A stretch of DNA of 42,590 nt from Bdellovibrionota bacterium FG-1 (GTDB lineage: Bacteria > Bdellovibrionota > UBA1018): the NCBI GenBank assembly GCA_051382295.1, contig JBBCAW010000066.1:1-42590 (forward strand), read 5' to 3'. The notes beneath the pieces were generated by a model that made no database searches, was not told where the DNA came from, and saw only the letters and a list, made by a program, of their open reading frames with translations. A program made the translations under genes and the position numbers. Of this stretch, positions 1 to 7,979 are shown in pieces (the first letter of the stretch is position 1; every line of letters begins with the position of its first letter).

Positions 1-143
1 CTGGGGCCAATCCGCGAATTTACGGTGGCATCATGTTCAAAGCCGTATTCCTCAAATTGGTTTTTGAGGGGGATTATAGTACTTCTGGAGTTTCCTCGTT
101 GGGCGGAAAATTGAGTTTTGGGTTTTAAAACGGGTGCCTGAGG

Positions 144-1030
144 TTAGGGTGCCTGTTTTTCTCCGAATGTGGATAAAGGGAATGCGGCAAGCTCGACATG
201 GTAGACGGAATCCGTCGATTGGTCGCCCGCCCCAAGTGCTTCAATCTTTTGGATGGTGTCTTGGAGAATCAAACACAATTGATCATATTTATCAGGAGAC
301 AATACAAAAGTATGGCCGAGCAAGAGGCGGTGCTTTGCTTTGACTTCGGCGATCGACGCTACTGCCAATGAAGGCATTTCCCGGTGAAACCGCCCAAGCG
401 CTAACCGGAAAACGCCACCGGAACATTGGATGAATTTTAAGGCTGGCTCCACTGTCCCGTCCTCATTTTTCCTGAAAAACCCCGCATTTTCCAGAAAAAT
501 GAGCGCTGCTTGAATTTCTTTTGGATCCGCCCGGAATCCGGCCAACGTTGACATTTCACGTATCGCCACATAGTACCAATGAGTTAAGTAGCGCCACGCC
601 TCATACTCATTCGGATTGGCCTTTCTAAATTCCGCAGAATTTTCCAGACGTTTCATGGCGGCGGCGCGGATATCTGAAGATTCAGTTTCAGAGATGGTAT
701 AAAGTGCCTCAACGAACTCTTCTTCCGTTCGAGGCAAGTCCATTTGTTGAAGTATTTTTTTATGAATAGAGTAATCGATTGAGTGGAACCTTCTCAATAT
801 CTTCACTAATCGGATCGGTTCGATTTGAATCTTTTGAGCAAATGTTTTCAGGGAGCCACCATTTTTGGCGTATGTCTTCATCCAAGAAAGGACAAAGTCA
901 CGGTAGTCGTGAAAGTGGTATGGATTTACTTTGGGTCCTGATTACCCGCGCGTAAAATGTCCTTCCAGAGAGCTTCTGCCTTGGTCTTGAGTTGGGCGAG
1001 AGCGATATTTGGTTCTTTTCCACTATTCAA
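144..1030 (-). pseudogene. TIGR02147-family protein (HTH + DUF4423), frameshifted copy (pseudogene or programmed -1 frameshift)
   Basis: ORF 144..881 has YLTHWYYVAIREM, FHREM and VYHVELAAFPL, matching paralog 1811..2692. Its conserved N-terminus (PKVNPYHFHDYRDFVLSW) continues in frame to about 935 with no start codon. A TTG at 1030 with a GGGGGG RBS opens a 34-codon ORF that stops at 926-928 and is joined by a -1 shift. Confidence 0.8.
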
Positions 1031-1075
1031 AGTGCACCCCCCAAAGACTTCATTTGATGTCGTATGAATCCATTA

Positions 1076-1795
1076 TTATTCAGCCTGGCCCACGTTAAGG
1101 GTTTGGATAGTATTGTCATCGAGTTCTACACCCTTTTGGGCCATAGCACTCACGATCGCTCCGAAAAGTAAGGTAATGGTCTGGCTCTTACCGGTGATCG
1201 TATAATTTGAAGCAAAGTTAAATTTGAAGGCCGTATTTTGAGTGATATCATGCACGCCTCCTCCTATGCCATTATCGAATTCCACGGCATAGTTGGCCCC
1301 CGCACACACGGCTGGGACCACGGCAAAAGTGATGTCAATTTCTGATATAATCGTTCCAGTGGGAATAGCGATGTTGCCGATGGTCATGGGCTGGGTGCTG
1401 GACGCGCTGAAACTTAAAAGTCCTCTACCCACTGATGGTTGAGTTGTTCCATTTATGCTCAGTTGTTTGCCGCTTCCATCCAGAAAGATCAAAGTATCAT
1501 TGCAAACATTGAATTTACCAAAGCTTGAGACTGTAGCAAACGCAGAGCGAGCTCCAAAAAATACCTCTTCGAGGCCAAACTCTGCGATCCTCAGCACTGA
1601 TTCCAGCCAATGGTGGGGACGATCGATTGAAGCGGCGCTCGATCCGGCCAGAGGCGCAGATTGAAGGGTTAAATTTTCTGAACTGGCTATATTACCTGGG
1701 TTGCCCGTGCCGGTTCCGCCACCGCAATGGATCAGGGCAATTGAAAGGAGGAGCGCAGCGGCTGAAAGATATTTTTTACAAATTTCCGTTATCAT
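1076..1795 (-). CDS. Putative lipoprotein, partner of TIGR02147 (paralog of 2739..3398)
   Basis: Signal peptide ending ALIHC followed by GGGTGTGNP. Shares CNDTL, GLLSFS, EIDIT and ITQNTAFKF with 2739..3398. Confidence 0.75.
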   Translation of the reverse strand: MITEICKKYLSAAALLLSIALIHCGGGTGTGNPGNIASSENLTLQSAPLAGSSAASIDRPHHWLESVLRIAEFGLEEVFFGARSAFATVSSFGKFNVCNDTLIFLDGSGKQLSINGTTQPSVGRGLLSFSASSTQPMTIGNIAIPTGTIISEIDITFAVVPAVCAGANYAVEFDNGIGGGVHDITQNTAFKFNFASNYTITGKSQTITLLFGAIVSAMAQKGVELDDNTIQTLNVGQAE

Positions 1796-1810
1796 ATTGG
1801 CAACCCCTCT

Positions 1811-2692
1811 TTACTTTTTATTGGATTCATTTTTTTTCAGCGCACACTTGGAGACCGGAAAAAAAGCAAGCTCGACATGGTAGATTTCGTCGCCGACTGA
1901 AGCCTCTTGACTGATCGCTCGAATCTCGTCGTAGGCGTTAAGCATAATCCTTTGGATCCGCTCAAAGCGAGAACTATCTACCGGGAGGGTGTAGCCTACA
2001 AGATTTCGTTTTTCAGGTGGGGTGGTGTCAATAGACTTTCCAGCTAACACCAACATTTCACGGTGAAACTGAATCAAGGCGGTTCGGTAGATACCCCCCA
2101 GACAATCCATAGGCTTGCTCGGCGGAGTCACGCTACCATCGGGCGCGGTTTCGATGAAGCCGTGGTCTATCAGAAACTTCAGCGCGACTTCGATCTCTCG
2201 CTGCGAGACGGATTCTTGAAGGCGATCCTGAATCCAAGAGGGATCTGGTTTGAAACCTGGCAATCCAGTCATTTCACGGATCACCACATAGTACCAGTGC
2301 GTGAGATAGCGAAAAACTTCGGTTTCTTTCTGGTTGCTGGAACGATAATCCTTGAAGCGGTTCATCCGTTCAAAGGCGGCGACACGTTCCTCTTGAATTG
2401 TAGCATTTCCTAAGAGAATCAGAGCCTCAAAATAATCTTGTTCTCGACGATTGAGTTTGAGCGCGGACGCCAGCTTGAGTGCGGTCTTGATGGAGAGATT
2501 GCGCTTTCCCGAAAGAATCATCGAAAGATTGCTGACCGAAAGACCGGAATGAAGGGCAAGTGAACGTAAGGAGTTTGAGGACTGGCGCGCTTTTGTGTAG
2601 GCGAGCCAGTCCCTTATAAACTCACGGTATTCGTGGTAGCCGAATATCTCAGGCCGAGAGGACTTTGGGGTTTTTCCGCTAGAGTTTGCCAT
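1811..2692 (-). CDS. TIGR02147-family protein (XRE-like HTH + DUF4423), intact
   Basis: IFGYHEYREFI, SLRSLA..SGLSVSNLSMILSGKRNLS (HTH), YLTHWYYVVIRE, FHREM, YHVELAFFP. ATG at 2692 chosen because 2758 overlaps the upstream gene. Confidence 0.88.
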   Translation of the reverse strand: MANSSGKTPKSSRPEIFGYHEYREFIRDWLAYTKARQSSNSLRSLALHSGLSVSNLSMILSGKRNLSIKTALKLASALKLNRREQDYFEALILLGNATIQEERVAAFERMNRFKDYRSSNQKETEVFRYLTHWYYVVIREMTGLPGFKPDPSWIQDRLQESVSQREIEVALKFLIDHGFIETAPDGSVTPPSKPMDCLGGIYRTALIQFHREMLVLAGKSIDTTPPEKRNLVGYTLPVDSSRFERIQRIMLNAYDEIRAISQEASVGDEIYHVELAFFPVSKCALKKNESNKK

Positions 2693-2738
2693 AAACGGCC
2701 ATTCTTTCGTCTTTTTACGGGTTGGTCCAGTGTTTGGC

Positions 2739-3398
2739 TTATTGTGCTTGGCCCGCACTGACTGTCTGGATTGTGGAATTACTTAGTCCAGCGCCCAGCG
2801 CAACCATTCCGTTCACAATTTGCCCTAAGAGCAAGGTGAGGTTTTGTGCGGAGCCAGTAATGGTCACCGGTGTTGAAAAGGTGAACTTGAATGCCGTATT
2901 TTGAGTGATATTGATCGGGCCTGAACCGGGGTCAAACTGAACTGCGTACGAAAAGCCCGGGCACAGCGTGGCGCTGATTGCAGAGGTGATGTCGATTTCC
3001 TTGATTTGCGTACCCGCCGCGACGTCCAAGTTTGCGAGCGTGGTATTGGAAGTGGACGCCGATGAAAAGCTCAGCAGGCCTAGCCCGGCTTGGTTGGTTG
3101 AACCATTGACCGCGACGGTATTGCCGTGAGTGTCGGTTAGAACTAAAGTGTCATTGCATATTTTGAGAGCACCAAAGGAGGAAACTGCGGCATAGGCTAC
3201 GCGTTCGCCGAGTAGAAATTCTAGAAGTCCTGAAGTCAACGAAGCCGCGCTGGCCCCGGCCAGGGGGGCTGCCAGGAGCGAAACCTTGCCAGCAGCAATG
3301 GGGGTCACGGCCGCGATTGGCGCCTTGCCGCAGCCTGTGGCGAGGATGATGGAAGCGGCGAAAGCGTGGGCCCAGTGGATTTGATGTTTGGGGGTCAT
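2739..3398 (-). CDS. Putative lipoprotein, partner of TIGR02147
   Basis: AGGAG RBS before ATG 3398, lipobox LATGC, clear paralogy to 1076..1795. Confidence 0.78.
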   Translation of the reverse strand: MTPKHQIHWAHAFAASIILATGCGKAPIAAVTPIAAGKVSLLAAPLAGASAASLTSGLLEFLLGERVAYAAVSSFGALKICNDTLVLTDTHGNTVAVNGSTNQAGLGLLSFSSASTSNTTLANLDVAAGTQIKEIDITSAISATLCPGFSYAVQFDPGSGPINITQNTAFKFTFSTPVTITGSAQNLTLLLGQIVNGMVALGAGLSNSTIQTVSAGQAQ

Positions 3399-3554
3399 GG
3401 TACTACTCCTTGTTTTGGTTACTGCGGGCCTAATGCCCATGTATTAAGAATGTGGCACCGCACTGGAAAAGTCAACTATATGTTCTCAATACGTGCGCTA
3501 AAAATTCATTTATCATAAAATCGACAATTATTTTAACCAGTTACAAGATTTAAT

Positions 3555-3591
3555 GTTCACAATATTTATGATTTTTTTAAGCTTTGTGAAC
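3555..3591. promoter_or_regulatory. Inverted repeat in AT-rich divergent promoter region (candidate operator)
   Basis: GTTCACAA (3555-3562) and TTGTGAAC (3584-3591), 21-nt spacer, between the divergent lipoprotein and ygfK-like operons. Confidence 0.3.
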
Positions 3592-3674
3592 GGTATTAGA
3601 ATATAGCCCTGACTCTAGATTGAGTGCAGTCCTCTTTCCTTGTCTTTTAGGTGAGAGCTGAATAGATTCGGACG

Positions 3675-5609
3675 ATGCCTAAACTCTCTGGCTTGAGCCT
3701 GAAGCATCATCTTCGATGTATTTTGAGTGAATTGAAGGATCGAAAAAGCATTTTTGGTCTCCCTCAAAGTAAGTTTTTTCTCGGACATGAAGGACTCGAT
3801 TTTTCGGTCCAGTTTCATACGAGGCGCCCTTTTACGCCCCTGGGTCCGGCTGCGGGCCCTCACACTCAGATGGCCCAGAACGTTGTGCTTGCCTACCTGG
3901 GGGGCGCCCGGGTTTTTGAACTGAAAACCGTGCAGATTCTCGATGAGCTCGAGCTTCCTCGGCCCTGCATCGATGCGAGAAATATTTGCTTCAACGTGGA
4001 ATGGTCCCAAGAGCTGAAACTAGAAGAATCACAGGATGAATACTTCAAAGCCTGGATTCTGCTGAAGTTGGTCGAAGAGCTCGAGCTTTTGGGTAAACCG
4101 AAAGGTGATCCGTTTTATGAGTTCGCCTTTGATCTTTCGGCGGGCTACGACTTCAAGGGGATTTCGAGCCCGAAAATGAGTTCTTGGCTTCGCAGTTTTC
4201 AAGAGCCGCAGGAACTTCTCGGTAAGATGATTGGGGAGATTTCCGGGGAGTTTCCACAAGCCCGAAATTTGAATTTGGCCGGGTCGATTTCAGACTCTCT
4301 CACGCTTTCTACGTTTCACGGTTGTCCCAAGGATGAAATTGAAACGATCGTCCGCTATCTCATCCACGAGCAGGGCTTGCACGTCGTCGTGAAAATGAAC
4401 CCCACTTTGCTGGGCTACGAATGTGTTCGAAAAACACTCTTGGAAGACCTCGGTTATCATCAGCTCAAACTCGATGAAAAGGCTTTTCAAGGCGATCTTT
4501 CGTTTGCGGATGCGGTTCCAATGATGAAGCGATTGCAGAAGTTCGCCCAAGAGCGGGGTCGAAACTTCGGAGCTAAGTTTTCAAACACCCTCGTCGTTCA
4601 GAATCATGACAAGGTTTTCTCCGATCGCGTGATGTATCTTTCGGGAGCACCGCTCCATGTGCTGGCGATGAACACCATGCAGCGTTTTAGCGCGGAGATG
4701 GATCCGGGTTTTCATATTTCCTTTTCGGCTGGGATTGACCGCGATAATTTCGCCGACGCGGTCTTATGCGGCATGAAGCCGGTCACGACCTGTACGGATT
4801 TATTGAAGGAAGGGGGCTATGGCCGCCTCAGCGCGTATCTGGACCACCTCGCCGCCGAGATGAAGGCGGTGGGCGCCCATTCCATCGCGAGTTTTATCGC
4901 AAACAAGGGTGGAAACCCTCACGAGATCGTCTCGCGGTTGGTGACGAATCCAAAATACCATTTCAGCCAAAACAGCGGACTTCCGAAGGCTTCTGAGGCG
5001 CGGCTTCAATTCTTTGATTGCATCACTTGCAATGTCTGTATTCCAGTTTGCCCCAATGCGGCGAATTTCTGGATCAGTGCTGGCAAGACTTCTGAGGGGG
5101 TCACTGATTTTGAATTCAAATCGGGCAAGTTCCATCCTGTTCAAAGTGAATCCTTAACGTTGGTTCGGCCCAGGCAGATCGCTCATCTCGCGGAATTTTG
5201 CAATGAATGCGGAAACTGCGAAACCTTTTGCCCCGAGGATGGGGCACCCTACCAGGTCAAACCTCGATTTTTTCTTTCTGAAATGAGTTATCGGGCTACT
5301 CCCGCGTTGGATGGGTTTTGCCTTCAAAGCCCCTGGGAGATGAGAGGTCGACTTGCGGGGCAGGAATATCGGCTCAAAACTGACGCCATCGCAGAAGAGT
5401 TTCTTTTTGAAAACTCTCGTTTTCGGTTGGTTTTGCAAAATGACGGAAGTTTGGTGCAAGGCGAAGCAATCGACGACGACGCGAAGGATTCTGCCGAGCG
5501 GTTGAATATGCGCCCCTTCTACGTCATGAAGGTGTTGCTCGCCGGGCTGCATAAAACTCCAGAAAATTTTGCAAAAGTGCTTTTAGTCGGTCCAAAGGAA
5601 AATCCATGA
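3675..5609 (+). CDS. ygfK: YgfK-like oxidoreductase, short form (N-terminal flavin TIM-barrel + C-terminal 2x[4Fe-4S])
   Basis: YgfK-type motifs TPLGPAAGPHTQMAQN, ELKTVQILDEL..PRPCID, FNVEWSQEL, TLSTFHGCPKDEIE, VKMNPTLLG, YLSG. C-terminal CITCNVCIPVCPN and CNECGNCETFCP. 644 aa with no central Rossmann GxGxxG module. Confidence 0.82.
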   Translation: MPKLSGLSLKHHLRCILSELKDRKSIFGLPQSKFFLGHEGLDFSVQFHTRRPFTPLGPAAGPHTQMAQNVVLAYLGGARVFELKTVQILDELELPRPCIDARNICFNVEWSQELKLEESQDEYFKAWILLKLVEELELLGKPKGDPFYEFAFDLSAGYDFKGISSPKMSSWLRSFQEPQELLGKMIGEISGEFPQARNLNLAGSISDSLTLSTFHGCPKDEIETIVRYLIHEQGLHVVVKMNPTLLGYECVRKTLLEDLGYHQLKLDEKAFQGDLSFADAVPMMKRLQKFAQERGRNFGAKFSNTLVVQNHDKVFSDRVMYLSGAPLHVLAMNTMQRFSAEMDPGFHISFSAGIDRDNFADAVLCGMKPVTTCTDLLKEGGYGRLSAYLDHLAAEMKAVGAHSIASFIANKGGNPHEIVSRLVTNPKYHFSQNSGLPKASEARLQFFDCITCNVCIPVCPNAANFWISAGKTSEGVTDFEFKSGKFHPVQSESLTLVRPRQIAHLAEFCNECGNCETFCPEDGAPYQVKPRFFLSEMSYRATPALDGFCLQSPWEMRGRLAGQEYRLKTDAIAEEFLFENSRFRLVLQNDGSLVQGEAIDDDAKDSAERLNMRPFYVMKVLLAGLHKTPENFAKVLLVGPKENP

Positions 5610-7975
5610 AACCCACGCGAATCGCCTTCAACCCCTACAACGAAAAAAAGCCAAATTACTCTGAAAATTTTCTAGCGGATGACTCGCTTCCCTTTCATCG
5701 TTCGCTGGAGGGTTACGGTCGAACCCCTTTGCGCGAATTGCCAGCTCTGGCCAAGGAACTGGGAGTGGGAAGGATTTTGGTCAAAGACGAGGCTCACCGT
5801 TTTCAACTCAACGCCTTTAAGGGGCTGGGTGCGGCTTACGCCATTTATCGTTTCATCAAGCAGAAATGGGAGGAGAAGTTTAAGTCACCTTTCAATTTTG
5901 AACTTTTCAGTGGAACCGACGCGATTCAGAAATTGGGCACGTTTACGTTTGCGTCGGCTACCGACGGCAACCATGGCCGGGCTGTGGCCTGGACCGCAAG
6001 AAAACTGGGACAGAAGGCCGTGATTTTTATGCCTTCCAATACGGTAAAAGCCCGTATCGAGGCGATCCGTCGCGAAAATACCGAGGTCGTGATAGTTCAG
6101 GGCACGTACGACGACACCGTTAAGCGCGCTGCTGAAGAGGGAAAGCGCAACGGTTGGCAGATTATTTCAGATACGGCGTATGAGGGGTACACCGAAATTC
6201 CTCGTTGGATTATGACCGGATACACTACGATTTTTCGTGAAATCGACGAGGAGCTAGAGGGTTCTCATTTACCCTCACCTGACGTAGTGATTGTTCAAGC
6301 GGGAGTGGGCGGCTTGCTTTGTGCAGCGGCTGACTATTACGTTAGAACCATGGGCGAAAAGCGTCCCAAGCTGGTTTGCGCAGAACCCCTCGATGCGGAT
6401 TGTCTGCTCGAATCAATTATCTCCAAGAATGGCGCGATCGCTTTGGCGAAGGGGGGGCAGAACTCGATCATGGCCGGCCTCAACTGTGGAACACCCTCGC
6501 TGCTTGCCTGGCCCGTGATTCAAAAGTCCGTACATTCCTTTGTCGCGGTCGATGACGACTGGGCTAGATGTGCGATGAAAACTTTTTATCATCCACGAGG
6601 CAATGATCCTAAAATCACCTCAGGTGAATCCGGAGCGGCCGGTCTTGCGGTTTTGCTCGCTCTTTGCGGTGAAAGTGACTTAGCGGCTGCCAAGACCAGG
6701 CTTGGGCTAAACGAGCAATCGACCGTGTTGTTGATTAACTCTGAGGGTGATACCGATCCGGAGAGTTTTAAAGCGATTATCACGACCTTAGGCTCCGAAG
6801 CGGAGAAATATCGCGGGGACTGTGCGCAGTTTTTGCGGGAACTGGTTGCGATTCCGAGTCTCAGTACGCAAGAAGAAAACGTCGCTGCGCGAATCGTGCG
6901 GGAGATGAAAAAGCTGGGTTTTGATGAGGCCTGGACCGATGACTACGGAAATGTGATTGGCCGAGTTGGCAAAGGCCCGATACGCATCGTGTTTGATGGT
7001 CACATCGATACGGTGGGAATCGGGAATCGGAGTTCGTGGTCCTATGATCCCTTTCAGGGGAAAATAGAAAATGGCTACATTTATGGCCGAGGCGCTTCTG
7101 ATAATAAAGCCGCAAACGCCGTTCAGGTCTATGGTGCCGCACTTTTTAAGAAGTTGGGCAAACAGCTCGATGAGGTTTCAGTTTACGTCGTGGGCTCCGT
7201 GCAAGAAGAGGACTGCGATGGCCTGGGGCTGAAATACGCGCTCGAGAAATCCATCGGAAACGTGGACTTTGTTTGCCTGGGCGAGGCCACTGAACTTGCT
7301 ATTTATCGTGGACACCGGGGACGAGTGGAGATCGAGGTGAGTGCTCGCGGCGTTTCTTGTCATGCTTCCGCGCCGGAACGGGGACAAAATGCTATTTATC
7401 GGATGATGAAGTTGGTGGCCGACATCGAAAATCTGCACGCGAATCTTGCGCCCGATCATTTTCTTGGCAAGGGCTCAGCAGCTGTGACCCATATTCGGTG
7501 CGAAACTCCGAGTCTTTGTGCGGTTCCGGACTCTTGCACGATTCACATCGACCGGCGCATTATTCCGGGTGAGACCCGCGAATTTGTTATGAAACAGATT
7601 CAGGCACTTCCGGAATTTGATCCTCAGTCCATGGAAGTCAAGATCCTCAACTACGACGTGCCTTCTTATAAAAAGATGAGTCTCGAGACCGAAAAATATT
7701 ATCCAAGCTGGGTTTTGCCGCAGGACCATCCCTTGACCCAGGCCGGGATAGCGGCTGCGGCCGAAGTGCTGGGCCGGAAGCCAGAAATCAGCAGATGGGT
7801 TTTTAGCACCAACGGGGTATCCAGCATGGGCTTGCTGCAGATCCCCACCATTGGTTTTGGTCCGGGGCAAGAAGAGGACGCTCATACCACGAACGATCGC
7901 GTGAGAATCGAGGACCTTGTGACCTCGGTGGCGTTTTACGCGGCACTCCCTGGCCAGATTGCATCAAGAAGGTAA
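5606..7975 (+). CDS. dpaL-ygeY: Fusion of diaminopropionate ammonia-lyase (DpaL/YgeX) and YgeY-family M20 amidohydrolase
   Basis: About aa 1-392: KDEAHRFQLNAFKGLG (PLP Lys), ATDGNHGRAVAW, QAGVG, SIMAGLNCG, SGESGAAG, EGDTDP. About aa 393-789: DGHIDTV, GRGASDNK, VQEEDCDG, IYRGHRGR, WVFSTNGV, GFGPGQEEDAH. ATGA overlap with the upstream gene. Confidence 0.92.
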   Translation: MKPTRIAFNPYNEKKPNYSENFLADDSLPFHRSLEGYGRTPLRELPALAKELGVGRILVKDEAHRFQLNAFKGLGAAYAIYRFIKQKWEEKFKSPFNFELFSGTDAIQKLGTFTFASATDGNHGRAVAWTARKLGQKAVIFMPSNTVKARIEAIRRENTEVVIVQGTYDDTVKRAAEEGKRNGWQIISDTAYEGYTEIPRWIMTGYTTIFREIDEELEGSHLPSPDVVIVQAGVGGLLCAAADYYVRTMGEKRPKLVCAEPLDADCLLESIISKNGAIALAKGGQNSIMAGLNCGTPSLLAWPVIQKSVHSFVAVDDDWARCAMKTFYHPRGNDPKITSGESGAAGLAVLLALCGESDLAAAKTRLGLNEQSTVLLINSEGDTDPESFKAIITTLGSEAEKYRGDCAQFLRELVAIPSLSTQEENVAARIVREMKKLGFDEAWTDDYGNVIGRVGKGPIRIVFDGHIDTVGIGNRSSWSYDPFQGKIENGYIYGRGASDNKAANAVQVYGAALFKKLGKQLDEVSVYVVGSVQEEDCDGLGLKYALEKSIGNVDFVCLGEATELAIYRGHRGRVEIEVSARGVSCHASAPERGQNAIYRMMKLVADIENLHANLAPDHFLGKGSAAVTHIRCETPSLCAVPDSCTIHIDRRIIPGETREFVMKQIQALPEFDPQSMEVKILNYDVPSYKKMSLETEKYYPSWVLPQDHPLTQAGIAAAAEVLGRKPEISRWVFSTNGVSSMGLLQIPTIGFGPGQEEDAHTTNDRVRIEDLVTSVAFYAALPGQIASRR

Positions 7976-7979
7976 TGTG

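Noticed and set aside
3453..3468. Sigma-54 promoter for the purine operon (TGGCAC...)
   Set aside because: The -12 position reads GA rather than the required GC.
3555..3591. Rex operator
   Set aside because: The half-sites are in the opposite order and 21 nt apart, unlike TTGTGAA-N4-TTCACAA. Kept only as a generic inverted repeat.
3675..5609. Literal selenate reductase or glutamate synthase function
   Set aside because: These are legacy labels for YgfK. The context with ssnA, ygeY, dpaL and xdh points to purine ring reduction.
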